A stretch of 64,000 nucleotides of DNA from positions 1,419-65,418 of the forward strand of contig JAOPZB010000090.1 of NCBI GenBank assembly GCA_025964355.1, read 5' to 3'. This document shows, one piece after another, positions 38,126-47,409 of the stretch; the first letter of the stretch is position 1, and each line of letters begins with the position of its first letter. The position numbers were made by a program, and so were the translations under genes. The notes beneath the pieces are model-generated. The model was not told where the DNA came from. It worked only from the letters and a program-made list of their open reading frames with translations, and did not search any database. Origin of the DNA: Solirubrobacterales bacterium. GTDB taxonomy: Bacteria > Actinomycetota > Thermoleophilia > Solirubrobacterales > Solirubrobacteraceae.

Positions 38126-39172
38126 TCAGTGAGACGGGTGGCGTCCCTCGATGAGCTCGACGGCATGGGGGAGAGCCTCCAGAAGCGTCTCGCCGACCTG
38201 CTCGATGCTCGCCGGACTCCCCGGGAAGTTCACGATCAGGGTCCCGCGACGGACCCCCGCGAGCCCGCGGGAGAGCATCCAGTTGGCGGTGTGAGGACTT
38301 GACGCGGCGCGCATGGCCTCGGCGATGCCGGGAACCTCGCGCTCGACGACCGCCGCGGTCGCCTCTGGCGTGACGTCGCTCGGCGCGACGCCGGTCCCTC
38401 CGCTCGTGAGAACGAGTGCGCAGCGCTCGTCATCGGCCCAATGGCGCAGCCGCGCTTCGATGCTCGCGCGGTCGTCCGCGATGACCTCGCGCCCGACGAG
38501 CCTCGCGCCCAAGCGCTCGGCGAGCTCGCACAGTCGGGCGCCGCTCTCGTCCTCGCCCCTGCCCGCGGCCTTGGAGGTGCTGATCGTGATGACGGCCGCG
38601 CTGAGCGTTGAGTCCCGCCCCTGCTCCTGCGGGGTCGCCTGCCCCGGTTCGTGGTCGTGGTCCCCGCGCCCCTCCGGGTCGGGTTGGTCCCGGCGATAGT
38701 CGCTGCGTCCGCCGCGCTTCTCGAGCAGCACGATCTGCTCGATCTCGACGCCGCGCTCGAGGCCCTTGACCATGTCGTAGACCGTCAGCGCGGCCACGGC
38801 GCACGCCGTCATCGCCTCCATCTCGACACCGGTGCGCGCAACGGTGCGCACCTCGCTGACGAGCTCGACGATCCCAGTCTCGACGTCGACGTCCGCGCTC
38901 AGGTCGACGAGCGTCAGCGCGAGCGGATGCGCGAGCGGTATCAGCTGCGCCGTCTGCTTCGCCGCCTGGATCCCGGCCAGGCGTGCGACCGCCAGAACCT
39001 CCCCCTTCGGGGCGTTACCGCTCTGGACAGCGCGCGCGCTGCTCGCGGACATGCGCACACGCGCGCGCGCCCGGGCGATGCGCTCGCTGACCTCCTTGGC
39101 GCCGACGTCCACCATTCGCGCGTCACCGGCGTCGTCGACATGGGTCAGGCGCTTGCCGCTCAGCCGACCCAC
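38126..39172 (-). CDS. moaCB: MoaC-MogA/MoaB fusion
   Basis: LTHVD..ARMVDV, KGEVL, LIPLAHPL, TGVEMEA, EKRGGRS, then TSGGTG..DVTPEA, NFPGSP. Confidence 0.9.
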   Translation of the reverse strand: MGRLSGKRLTHVDDAGDARMVDVGAKEVSERIARARARVRMSASSARAVQSGNAPKGEVLAVARLAGIQAAKQTAQLIPLAHPLALTLVDLSADVDVETGIVELVSEVRTVARTGVEMEAMTACAVAALTVYDMVKGLERGVEIEQIVLLEKRGGRSDYRRDQPDPEGRGDHDHEPGQATPQEQGRDSTLSAAVITISTSKAAGRGEDESGARLCELAERLGARLVGREVIADDRASIEARLRHWADDERCALVLTSGGTGVAPSDVTPEATAAVVEREVPGIAEAMRAASSPHTANWMLSRGLAGVRRGTLIVNFPGSPASIEQVGETLLEALPHAVELIEGRHPSH

Positions 39173-39861
39173 GTCCCCTCTCCATCGGCGACCTGTTCGC
39201 GCTTCCAGATCGGCGCCTCGGCCTTGATGCGATCGATCGCCGCGCTCGCGCCCGCGAAGGCTTCGGCGCGATGTGGCGCGGAGACCGCAACGATCACGCT
39301 CGGCTCGCCGAGCGCGACGCCGCCAACTCGGTGCTCTACCGCGGCGGCGCACAGGCCGTGGGCCGAGATGCAGTCGCGCATTATCTGCTCGATGCGCTGC
39401 TCGGCCATCCCTACGTAGGCCTCGTAGTCCAGCCTCGGCACCTGTCGTGTCATCCCCTCAAAGACGACGATCGCCCCGGCACGGCTGTCGGCGACCGCCC
39501 GCGACAGGCGCTCGATCGAGAGCGGCTGCTCGCTCACGCGCACGTGCAACGGCTCCCGGCTCTCGCCGCCGCCAGCCGGCTCGCCGCCTCCGCCGCTCAC
39601 CGGCGGGATCAAGGCGAGCTCGTCACCCGGCGCGAGCGTCGTCTCTGCAGTTGCGTAGTCGCGGTTGACCGCCATCTGGACCGGCAGCCGGCCCAATAGC
39701 TCCCCGAGGGGCGGCAGCTCGGAGAGGGCGCGCAGGGCGTCCGCAACAGTTGCCCCGTCGCTGAGGTGCAGCTCGACGGAGTCGCGGCCAGCGCGTTCGC
39801 GGAGGATCGCGAACAGGCGGATATGGACCACCATCTCCGGAGGATCCGCGCCGGGGCTCAT
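39160..39861 (-). CDS. moaX: Fused molybdopterin synthase MoaD-MoaE
   Basis: LFAILRERAG, AVNRDY, IPPVSGG, then YEAY, HRVG, HRAEAF, PIWKRE. Confidence 0.9.
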   Translation of the reverse strand: MSPGADPPEMVVHIRLFAILRERAGRDSVELHLSDGATVADALRALSELPPLGELLGRLPVQMAVNRDYATAETTLAPGDELALIPPVSGGGGEPAGGGESREPLHVRVSEQPLSIERLSRAVADSRAGAIVVFEGMTRQVPRLDYEAYVGMAEQRIEQIMRDCISAHGLCAAAVEHRVGGVALGEPSVIVAVSAPHRAEAFAGASAAIDRIKAEAPIWKREQVADGEGTWVG

Positions 39862-41102
39862 CCGACGGCTCCCCATCGCCTCCACAGGGGCTCGATCCGC
39901 ACGCGTTCTCCGGCGCGCACGCCCGTCGCCTCGCTGGGCACGATCGCCAGGGCGTCCGCGCCGAGCATCGACGTGAGGATGTGCGATCCCTGCGCTCCTG
40001 TCGGCTGCGCATGCCAGCCGTCCTCGCGAGCGCTCAGCCTGCAGCGCACGGCGTGGGCGCGCCCAGGCGCCTTGGTGTAGTCGCGGTCGATCACCGCCGT
40101 GGCGCGATGGTCTGCGTCGCTTGCTCCCATCAGCGCACGCAGCGCGGGCCCGACGAGCAGCACGAACGTCACCATCGCCGAGACGGGGTTCCCCGGCAGC
40201 CCGAAGACCAGCTTGCCCGAGAGCGTTCCAAACCACGCCGGGCGCCCCGGCTTCAGCGCCAGCCCCCAGAACACCTCCTGCGCACCGAGCTCCCGCAGTG
40301 CGGGCCTCACGTGGTCATGCTCGCCGACCGAGACGCCGCCGCAGATCACGGTCACGTCGGCACCGGCGACGGCCCGTGCCACGCTCTCTCGGGTTGCCTC
40401 CGGGTCGTCGCGCACGATCGCCGCGCTGGCCGCCTCGCCGCCGGCAGCGCACGCGAGCGCCGAGATCGAGAAGGTGTTCGAATCCCGCACGCCGCCCGGG
40501 CGCATCGGCTCGTTCGGGCCGAGCAGCTCGTCTCCGCCGACCACGACGGCCACGCGCGGTCGCCGCGCACAGCTCACGCGATAGCGAGCAAGCGAGCCGA
40601 GCACCCCGAGCTCGGCTGCTCCGAGGACCGCGCCTCGCTCCATGACCGTCTCGCCGGCACGGATGTCATCGCCAGTTCGCCTCACGTCCTGTCCAGGGGC
40701 CGCGGCGGCAGCGATCTCCACCCGATCCCCAGCGGCGTGCGTGTCCTCGACTCGCACCACGGCGTCGGCACCCGCCGGGAGCACAGCGCCGGTGGAGATC
40801 GCGATCGCGCTCCCGGCGGGCAGCGCCCCCGCCGCCGGCGCCCCCGCACGGGACTCGCCGCTCACTCGCAGGGCGATCGGCTGCAAGGGCGACGCGCCGG
40901 CGAGATCCCCGGAGCGCACTGCGAAGCCGTCCATGGCGGAGCTGTCGAATGCGGGTACAGGCTCGTGCGCCGTGATGTCCTCGGCGAGCACGCGGCCGAG
41001 CGCCGCGACACCGAGCGGAACGGTCTCGCTCGCAAGCGGCGCGACGGAGGCGAGCACCCGACGCCGGGCGTCGTCGATCTCGACCAGCTGGCTGGCGCTC
41101 AT
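39858..41102 (-). CDS. moeA: Molybdopterin molybdenumtransferase
   Basis: GRVLAED, SAMDGFA, TGAVLP, GGVSVG, KPGRP, GLPGNPVS. Confidence 0.93.
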   Translation of the reverse strand: MSASQLVEIDDARRRVLASVAPLASETVPLGVAALGRVLAEDITAHEPVPAFDSSAMDGFAVRSGDLAGASPLQPIALRVSGESRAGAPAAGALPAGSAIAISTGAVLPAGADAVVRVEDTHAAGDRVEIAAAAAPGQDVRRTGDDIRAGETVMERGAVLGAAELGVLGSLARYRVSCARRPRVAVVVGGDELLGPNEPMRPGGVRDSNTFSISALACAAGGEAASAAIVRDDPEATRESVARAVAGADVTVICGGVSVGEHDHVRPALRELGAQEVFWGLALKPGRPAWFGTLSGKLVFGLPGNPVSAMVTFVLLVGPALRALMGASDADHRATAVIDRDYTKAPGRAHAVRCRLSAREDGWHAQPTGAQGSHILTSMLGADALAIVPSEATGVRAGERVRIEPLWRRWGAVG

Positions 41103-41110
41103 CGCCAGCC

Positions 41111-41126
41111 ACTGTAGTGCGAGACT
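41111..41126. promoter_or_regulatory. Back-to-back -10 hexamers for leaderless moeA and mobA
   Basis: The divergent ATGs are only 31 bp apart. TACAGT (minus, 41111-41116) and GAGACT (plus, 41121-41126) lie 7-8 nt from the start codons. Confidence 0.5.
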
Positions 41127-41133
41127 CATCGAC

Positions 41134-41736
41134 ATGGCCGACCAGCGGGCGATCGTCGCCATTCTCGCCGGCGGGCGCGGAGCGCGCCTCGGCGGCGGCA
41201 AGCCGGCTGTCGCTCTCGGCGGGCGGCCGCTCATCTGCCGCCCGCTGCAGGCCGCCGCCGAGGCCGGCCTCGAGGCCGTCGTCGTGGCAAAGCCGAGCAC
41301 CGTGCTCCCGCCGCTCGAGGTGCGCGTCCTGCGCGAGCCCGAGGAGCCTCGCCACCCCCTGTGCGGCGTGATCGCGGCGCTTCGATTCGCGGCCGCATCC
41401 GAGCGTCCCGCCGTTCTGACGCTCGGATGCGACATGCCGTTCCTAACGCCCCCGCTGCTCGCCTGGCTCGCCCGGCTGGACGGCGCGGCCATGGCACACG
41501 TCGATCGTCGAGCGCAGCCCCTGCTCGCCCGCGTCCCAGTCGATGGCCTGTCGCTGCTCGAGCGAGCCCTAGCCGGGCGACGCTCCTTGCGCGCGGCGCT
41601 GCTCGAGCTGGGGCCGAGCATGCTCGCCGAGGCGCAGCTGCAGCGCTTCGGGGATCCGCCGCGGCTCTGTTTCAACATCAACGACCGGGCCGACCTGCGC
41701 ACGGCCGAGCATTGGCTCGCCGCCCCAGCCCGCTAG
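41134..41736 (+). CDS. mobA: Molybdenum cofactor guanylyltransferase
   Basis: ILAGGRGARLG..K, PLCG, CDMP, QPL, FNIN. Confidence 0.88.
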   Translation: MADQRAIVAILAGGRGARLGGGKPAVALGGRPLICRPLQAAAEAGLEAVVVAKPSTVLPPLEVRVLREPEEPRHPLCGVIAALRFAAASERPAVLTLGCDMPFLTPPLLAWLARLDGAAMAHVDRRAQPLLARVPVDGLSLLERALAGRRSLRAALLELGPSMLAEAQLQRFGDPPRLCFNINDRADLRTAEHWLAAPAR

Positions 41737-41975
41737 CCGCTCTCACCGTCGCCCGCCCGCGGAGCGGAGGCGCCGACGCGCTCGGCGGCCGCCAGCAGCT
41801 CCGCCAGCGGCAGGTCGGAGCGACCTGCGATCCAGCAGGCGAGCGGGGCGGCGGTACGCTCAGACGCATGCGCGGCCACCCCGGCGAGGTCCAGCAGCTC
41901 GGAGATCTCCTGCAGCGAGGGGCGCTGCACGCCGGTCTCGGCGGCGAAGGAGGCGATCCACTCGTCCCTGGTCAC
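41733..41975 (-). CDS. Small MobA-associated protein (DUF6457-like)
   Basis: LLDLAGVAAHASERTAAPL motif; -10 TAAGCT upstream of the GTG. Confidence 0.7.
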   Translation of the reverse strand: MTRDEWIASFAAETGVQRPSLQEISELLDLAGVAAHASERTAAPLACWIAGRSDLPLAELLAAAERVGASAPRAGDGESG

Positions 41976-42026
41976 AGCCGCAGCTTAGTCGGATGCCCGC
42001 ACGGCGATCGCGGGTAGCTTGAGGGG

Positions 42027-43034
42027 ATGCTCGACCGCCTGCAACGGCCGCTGCGAGATCTGCGCATCTCCGTGACAGACCGCTGCAACCTGCGCTGTCC
42101 ATACTGCATGCCGCGAGAGGTCTTCGGCGAGGGATTTCGCTTTCTCGCACGCGAGGAGCTGCTCAGCTTCGAGGAGATAACGCGCGTGGTCACGGTGATG
42201 GCCGCGTCCGGAGTCACCAAGATCCGGCTCACCGGTGGCGAGCCCCTGCTGCGCCGCGACCTCGAGCGCCTCGTGGAGATGCTGGCGCGCGTCGACGGAG
42301 TCTCGGATCTCGCACTGACGACGAACGGCCTGCTGCTCGCCCGCAACGCCGCACGGCTCAGGGATGCCGGCCTGGATCGCGTGACGGTGAGCCTCGATGC
42401 CCTCGACCCGGCCGCGCTGCGCTCGATGAGCGATTCTCCTGTCTCACCGGAGCGGATCCTCGAGGGCATCGAAGCCGCCGGCGACGCCGGGCTCGCGCCG
42501 GTCAAGGTCAACATGGTGGTCCGTCGCGGCCGAAACGACCACTCCGTGCTTGACATGGCCGCCCGCTTCCGTCACCGCCCCGAGATCATCCGTTTCATCG
42601 AGTTCATGGACGTCGGCTCAACCAACGGCTGGCATGCCGCGGAGGTCGTTCCGGCGGGCGAGATCCTTTCCACGATCGAAGCCCGCTGGCCGCTACAACC
42701 GCTCGCGCCAGCGCGGGAGGGGGAGGTGGCCACGCGCTACCGCTATCGCGACGGGGGCGGCGAGATCGGCCTGATCCATTCGGTCAGCGCGCCGTTCTGC
42801 GGCAGCTGCACCCGGGCGCGCCTGTCCGCCGACGGGCAGCTGTTCACATGCCTGTTTGCGCATGGTGGACATGACCTGCGCGGCGTGCTGCGCGGCGGCG
42901 GCGGCGACCTGGAGCTGGAGCGACGGCTGAGCGAGATATGGGAAGCGCGCAGCGACCGCTACTCGGCTGAACGCTCCGGTGAGTCGGACCCCCAGCCGGC
43001 CCCGAAGGTGGAGATGTCCTACATCGGTGGCTAG
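42027..43034 (+). CDS. moaA: GTP 3',8-cyclase
   Basis: LRISVTDRCNLRCPYCM, TGGEP, FCGSCTRARL..C, C-terminal MSYIGG. Confidence 0.96.
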   Translation: MLDRLQRPLRDLRISVTDRCNLRCPYCMPREVFGEGFRFLAREELLSFEEITRVVTVMAASGVTKIRLTGGEPLLRRDLERLVEMLARVDGVSDLALTTNGLLLARNAARLRDAGLDRVTVSLDALDPAALRSMSDSPVSPERILEGIEAAGDAGLAPVKVNMVVRRGRNDHSVLDMAARFRHRPEIIRFIEFMDVGSTNGWHAAEVVPAGEILSTIEARWPLQPLAPAREGEVATRYRYRDGGGEIGLIHSVSAPFCGSCTRARLSADGQLFTCLFAHGGHDLRGVLRGGGGDLELERRLSEIWEARSDRYSAERSGESDPQPAPKVEMSYIGG

Positions 43035-43827
43035 CCGGTACTCAGCGGAGGATGCGCGCGCATCCGAACCGGCGCCCGGCGCGCTGAAGCGGGTCGAGCG
43101 CGACGGCGAGAGCGACCTCGTGGCCGTCGAGGAGCCGCTCGAGATCCGGATCGGCGGAGAGCCGATCGCCGTGACGATGCGCACGCCCGGCCATGACGAG
43201 GAGCTGGCCGCGGGCTTTCTGCACGGAGAGGGCCTGATCGATGGCCCCCTGAAGGTCGGCCTGACGGATGATCTGGCCGCCAACACGGTCGAAGTGCACG
43301 GCAAGCTGGCCCGTCCGGTGCCCGCGCGCCGCTTCTACACCACGTCGTCGTGCGGAGTCTGCGGCAAGGGCGCGCTGGAGGAGGTTGCCGTGCACTGCAG
43401 CCCGCTGGCGCCCGGGCCGCGCGTGCCTCGCGCGCTGCTGGCCGAGCTGCCCGACCGCCTCGTGCAGCCCGGGTTCAGCCGGACGGGCGGGCTCCACGCG
43501 ACAGGCCTGTTCGACGAAGCCGGCGAGCTGATCTGCGTACGCGAGGATGTCGGCCGCCACAACGCGATGGACAAGGTCGTGGGCTGGGCAGCGCTCGCCG
43601 GGCGGCTGCCGCTCGGCGGGCAGATCCTGTGCGTCAGCGGACGGCTGTCCTTCGAGCTGGTGCAGAAGGCGGCGGTCGCCGGTGCGCCGATCCTCGTCGG
43701 CGTGGGGGCCCCGACGTCACTCGCGGTCGAGCTCGCCGGCGAGCTGGGGCTGACCCTCTGTGGGTTCGCCAGGCGCCACACGGTGAACGTCTACACCGAT
43801 GCCGATCGCGTGATCCCGCCGAGCTAG
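43027..43827 (+). CDS. fdhD: Formate dehydrogenase sulfurtransferase
   Basis: EEPL, TMRTPG, SSCGVCG, TGGLHA, EDVGRHNAMDK, SGRLSFELVQK. Confidence 0.93.
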   Translation: MASRYSAEDARASEPAPGALKRVERDGESDLVAVEEPLEIRIGGEPIAVTMRTPGHDEELAAGFLHGEGLIDGPLKVGLTDDLAANTVEVHGKLARPVPARRFYTTSSCGVCGKGALEEVAVHCSPLAPGPRVPRALLAELPDRLVQPGFSRTGGLHATGLFDEAGELICVREDVGRHNAMDKVVGWAALAGRLPLGGQILCVSGRLSFELVQKAAVAGAPILVGVGAPTSLAVELAGELGLTLCGFARRHTVNVYTDADRVIPPS

Positions 43828-43844
43828 CCGCAGAGGAGACGCAG

Positions 43845-43981
43845 TACAATTGGGGCCACGTGTGTTCGCGTCGGACCGCTCCTAAGGTGAACGGGCACGA
43901 GAGCGAAACGCGGATCGCGCGTGGGGATCCAACCCGCCTCCTTCCTGCCATTCGCGCGATCCGCTCCGGAGGAAGGAGGCG
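43845..43981 (+). promoter_or_regulatory. -10 box and structured leader with two interleaved 12-bp helices
   Basis: TACAAT at 43845-50. 43910-21 pairs with 43953-64; 43935-46 pairs with 43970-81, which contains AGGAGG. Confidence 0.55.
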
Positions 43982-43996
43982 AGAAGCGAGCCCGGC

Positions 43997-44401
43997 TTGT
44001 CCAGGTCCCTCGGTGACACGCCGACGACAGGTGCGCTGTCGTCTGCCATCTCCAACGCAACCGTCCGCCTTCTGAGTGAGTACACCGGTCGTGGACCCAC
44101 CAAGGCCCGCACCTACATCACGGGCGACCTCATCACCGTCGTTCTACAGGACACGCTGACGAAGGGCGAGCGAGGCCTCGTGCGCAATGGCGAAGAGAGC
44201 CTCGTGCTGCAGAGCCGCAAGGCCTACCAGCAGACGATGAGCGCCGACCTCATCTCGACCGTCGAAGAGATCACCGGTCGCCGCGTCCTTGCGTTCTTGA
44301 GTGACAACCACATCGACCCCGACTACGCGATCGAGTCGTTCGTGCTCGCGCGCCGTGGTGATGACGCGGTGGTCGAGCACCCGCAGGCCGCGTCCGGCTG
44401 A
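43997..44401 (+). CDS. DUF2294 / MpsC-like protein
   Basis: AISNATVRL..YTGRGPTKARTY, LTKGE, VEEITGRRVLAFLSD. Confidence 0.85.
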   Translation: MSRSLGDTPTTGALSSAISNATVRLLSEYTGRGPTKARTYITGDLITVVLQDTLTKGERGLVRNGEESLVLQSRKAYQQTMSADLISTVEEITGRRVLAFLSDNHIDPDYAIESFVLARRGDDAVVEHPQAASG

Positions 44402-44440
44402 ACGAGCCGCGCTGGCGAGGCTTCGCGACCGCGAGCCGGG

Positions 44441-45010
44441 TCACCCAGAGCCGGGCCGTCCGCCGACGAGGCTCAACGGGAGGGGCGGCGGGGTTGCCTG
44501 CTCGGGAGCGATCCCGAACCGCTGCTCGTATTCGCCGTTGAGCTCTCGCCAGCCCGCCGGCGGGTAGCCGGCCTCCTCGGGCGCGGTGGTGACGGCGCGG
44601 TCGAGCGTCGCCGAGAGCGCGTCGAGGCAGAGGTGCCAGCCAGCGGCATCGCGGGCCGCCTTGAAGCGGTCGTCGAACGTATGGGTGAGCGTCAGCCGCG
44701 AACCCGGCGGGTCTGGCTCTATCTCCCAGCGCAGGGTGTCCTCGCCCCAGGTGTGGGCCAGCAGTCGCGGCGGCTCGCAGGCGGTCACGGTTCCGTCGGG
44801 CATGGGTGCAGCGGCGTTCGTGGAGATGAAGCTCACCGCCCCGCCGACCGTCGGCTCGAGCTTGAAGGGCGTCGGGTGCCAGTCCGACAGCTCGACGTCA
44901 TCGGTAAGCGCGCGCCAGATGCGCTCGGGCGGATGGGCGAGGGTACGCTCGAAGCGAAGCGCCGGGCGCCCCGCCTCGTCTCGCAGCTCGGCATGCATCG
45001 TCTCGGACAT
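44441..45010 (-). CDS. SRPBCC/AHSA1 domain protein
   Basis: LRFERTLAHPPERIWRALT, EPPRLLAHTW, AAGWHLCLDAL. Confidence 0.88.
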   Translation of the reverse strand: MSETMHAELRDEAGRPALRFERTLAHPPERIWRALTDDVELSDWHPTPFKLEPTVGGAVSFISTNAAAPMPDGTVTACEPPRLLAHTWGEDTLRWEIEPDPPGSRLTLTHTFDDRFKAARDAAGWHLCLDALSATLDRAVTTAPEEAGYPPAGWRELNGEYEQRFGIAPEQATPPPLPLSLVGGRPGSG

Positions 45011-45011
45011 T

Positions 45012-45323
45012 TCACTCCATTCGGTTGAGATGTCGTTCGAGGGCCCCGAGGCCGTCCTGCCACAGCCGCACGTACGGTGCAAGCCAGCGTTCGACGTCGA
45101 CGAAGCCCTCCGGTCGCAGGGCATAGAGGCGTCGCTGGCCGTCGGCGCGACGCTCGACCAGCCCCGCTTCGCGCAGGATGCGCAGGTGTCGTGACGTGTT
45201 CGGCTGGCTGAGGCCGCTCCCCGCCACCAGGTCTCCGACCGGCCGCGGGCCTGCGATCAGGAGGTCGAGGATGTCGCGGCGCGCGGGCTCGGCAAGGACC
45301 GAGAACGTCGTCGTCATGGCCAC
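45012..45323 (-). CDS. ArsR family (non-metal-sensing) regulator
   Basis: FSVLAEPARRDIL, SQPNTSRHLRILREAGLV, QRRLY. Confidence 0.9.
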   Translation of the reverse strand: MAMTTTFSVLAEPARRDILDLLIAGPRPVGDLVAGSGLSQPNTSRHLRILREAGLVERRADGQRRLYALRPEGFVDVERWLAPYVRLWQDGLGALERHLNRME

Positions 45324-45332
45324 ACCTAATCA

Positions 45333-45350
45333 GACAGTTATATATCTGTC
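45333..45350. promoter_or_regulatory. Palindromic operator upstream of ArsR-SRPBCC
   Basis: GACAG-TTATATAT-CTGTC. Confidence 0.55.
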
Positions 45351-45369
45351 AACGAATATGTCTCGCGCA

Positions 45370-45396
45370 TGTCGATTCCCGTCCCGGCCGTTCGTC
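45370..45396 (+). promoter_or_regulatory. ECF42-type autoregulatory promoter
   Basis: TGTCGA-N17-CGTC upstream of the yciI-ECF pair. Confidence 0.6.
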
Positions 45397-45435
45397 TCAG
45401 AGGCGACAATAATCGCCAGCAAGGAGAACAACCCC

Positions 45436-45780
45436 ATGCAATATCTGCTCCAGATCTACTCAAACGATTCGATGTCGACGTTCGACACTCTTCCCGAGGA
45501 CGGCAAAGCCGCGGTGATGGGCGAGTACATGGCGATCTCCGGAGAGTCCGGAGTGATCGGCGGGGCGCAGCTTCAGCCGGCCGAGACCGCGACGACCGTC
45601 CGCGTCCAGGACGGGCACACCCTGACAACCGACGGCCCGTTCCTCGAGACCAAGGAGGCGCTCGGCGGCTACTACCTGTTCGAGGCCGACGATCTCGACG
45701 CGGCCATCGAGCTCGCCGCGCGCATCCCGGCCGCGCGCCTCGGCGGTGCGATCGAGGTCCGTCCGCTGGTGCAGCGCTGA
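45436..45780 (+). CDS. YciI/DGPF family protein
   Basis: [21 protein letters not shown]; RBS AAGGAG. Confidence 0.92.
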   Translation: MQYLLQIYSNDSMSTFDTLPEDGKAAVMGEYMAISGESGVIGGAQLQPAETATTVRVQDGHTLTTDGPFLETKEALGGYYLFEADDLDAAIELAARIPAARLGGAIEVRPLVQR

Positions 45781-46940
45781 TAGAGGACCTCTTCCGCGAG
45801 CAGTGGGGTCGCGTCCTGGCCGCGCTGGTGGGCTTCCTCGGCGACTTCGATCTCGCCGAGGAGTCCGCCCAGGAGGCGTTCGCGATCGCCTCCGAGAGGT
45901 GGCCGCGCGACGGAACGCCGGCCAACCCGACCAGATGGCTCGTCGTCACAGCCCGCAACCGCGCGATCGACCGCATCCGTCGCGATCGGACGCTCGCGGC
46001 CAAGTCCAAGCTGCTCGACATCCCCGAAGCCGTGGAGGACGACATGGAAGAGCCATCGTTCACCGACGAGCGGCTCGAGCTGATCTTCACCTGCTGCCAC
46101 CCGGCTCTGTCCACCGAGGCTCAGGTCGCGCTCACGCTACGCGCCCTCGGCGGCCTCAGCACGGAGGAGATCGCGCGCGCCTTCATCGTCCCGAGCGCCA
46201 CGATGGCTCAGCGTCTGGTGCGGGCAAAGCGCAAGATCAAGGCCGCCGGCATCCCCTTCAGGATCCCGCCGCCCCACCTGCTGCCCGACCGCCTGACGGC
46301 CGTCCTGGCCGTCATCTATCTGATCTTCAACGAGGGCTACGACGGTCGGGTGGATCTCGCCGAGCAGGCCATCCGCCTTGGGGGGTCGCTGGCGGAGTTG
46401 ATGCCCGACGAGCCGGAGGTATGCGGCCTGCTCGCCCTCATGCTCCTCCACGACTCCCGGCGGGAGGCGCGCCTGCGCGACGGGGAGCTCGTCCTGCTCG
46501 CCGACCAGGATCGCGCGTTGTGGGACTGGCCGCAGATAGAGACCGGGCGCGCGGCGCTGGAGCGGGCGCTGGCGCTGCACGGGCGCGGGCCCTACGTGGT
46601 CCAGGCAGCGATCGCCTCGCTGCATGCCGCACCGAGCAGCGACTGGCCGCAGATCGCCGCGCTCTACGGCGAGCTCGCGCAGCTGACGCGCTCGCCGGTG
46701 ATCGAGCTGAATCGCGCGGTCGCCATCGCTGAAGCCCAGGGAGTCGAGCGTGGGCTGGAGGCGATCGACGGCTTGGACCTCGACGGCTATCCGTACCTTC
46801 ACGCCACGCGCGCCGACTTCCTGCGCCGGCTCGGCCGGCGGCCCGAGGCTGGCGTGGCATACCGCCAGGCGCTCGAGCTGACCCGCTCGGGACCCGAGCG
46901 GCGCTTTCTCGAACGTCGCCTCGCGGAGCTCGAGACCTAG
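45777..46940 (+). CDS. ECF42-like sigma factor with C-terminal TPR extension
   Basis: [49 protein letters not shown]. Likely CTG start overlapping the yciI stop. Confidence 0.88.
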   Translation: MIEDLFREQWGRVLAALVGFLGDFDLAEESAQEAFAIASERWPRDGTPANPTRWLVVTARNRAIDRIRRDRTLAAKSKLLDIPEAVEDDMEEPSFTDERLELIFTCCHPALSTEAQVALTLRALGGLSTEEIARAFIVPSATMAQRLVRAKRKIKAAGIPFRIPPPHLLPDRLTAVLAVIYLIFNEGYDGRVDLAEQAIRLGGSLAELMPDEPEVCGLLALMLLHDSRREARLRDGELVLLADQDRALWDWPQIETGRAALERALALHGRGPYVVQAAIASLHAAPSSDWPQIAALYGELAQLTRSPVIELNRAVAIAEAQGVERGLEAIDGLDLDGYPYLHATRADFLRRLGRRPEAGVAYRQALELTRSGPERRFLERRLAELET

Positions 46941-46970
46941 TCTCGCTCACCGCCCCGCGCGGCCAGGTCG

Positions 46971-47315
46971 TTACACGAGCATGTCGTCGGCGCTGGCGAT
47001 GATGCGTATGTGCTCGCCGGCTCCGCTCACGGCGAGCAGGCGTTTGACCTGCTCGGAGCCAGGGGTCATCGCGAACTCGCGATCCGCCTCCTGGCAGCGT
47101 TCGCGAGCCCAGAGGACGACCCGCAGTCCGGTCGAGTCGATGAACTGAAGCTCTTGCATGTCGAGCACGAGCATCGGCTTGCCATCGACGTCCGCCTGCT
47201 CGATCGCAGCCTGCAGGGCCGGCGCATTGGCCATGTCCAGTTCGCCCTCGAGTGCGATCACGATGCGATCGGACTCACGGCGAACATCGATCTGCAGTTG
47301 GTCAGCTACCCCCAT
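46971..47315 (-). CDS. STAS anti-anti-sigma factor
   Basis: GELDM, FIDSTGL; -10 TAAACT just upstream of ATG 47315. Confidence 0.88.
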   Translation of the reverse strand: MGVADQLQIDVRRESDRIVIALEGELDMANAPALQAAIEQADVDGKPMLVLDMQELQFIDSTGLRVVLWARERCQEADREFAMTPGSEQVKRLLAVSGAGEHIRIIASADDMLV

Positions 47316-47409
47316 AGCGCTTAGTTTAGCCCCAGCACAGTGGCGTTTTGCAACTGGGAACCGCGCGCCGGTGGTCGGCGAGGCGCTGGACGGCGAGGCT
47401 CGGTCGCTG

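Noticed and set aside
42012-42017. GGGTAG before moaA as a SigB/F -10
   Set aside because: There is no convincing -35. The overlapping TAGCTT 6 nt before the ATG fits a leaderless housekeeping promoter better.
43887-43981. Pseudoknot as a -1 frameshift stimulator extending the DUF2294 ORF
   Set aside because: No X-XXY-YYZ slippery heptamer upstream of the first helix.
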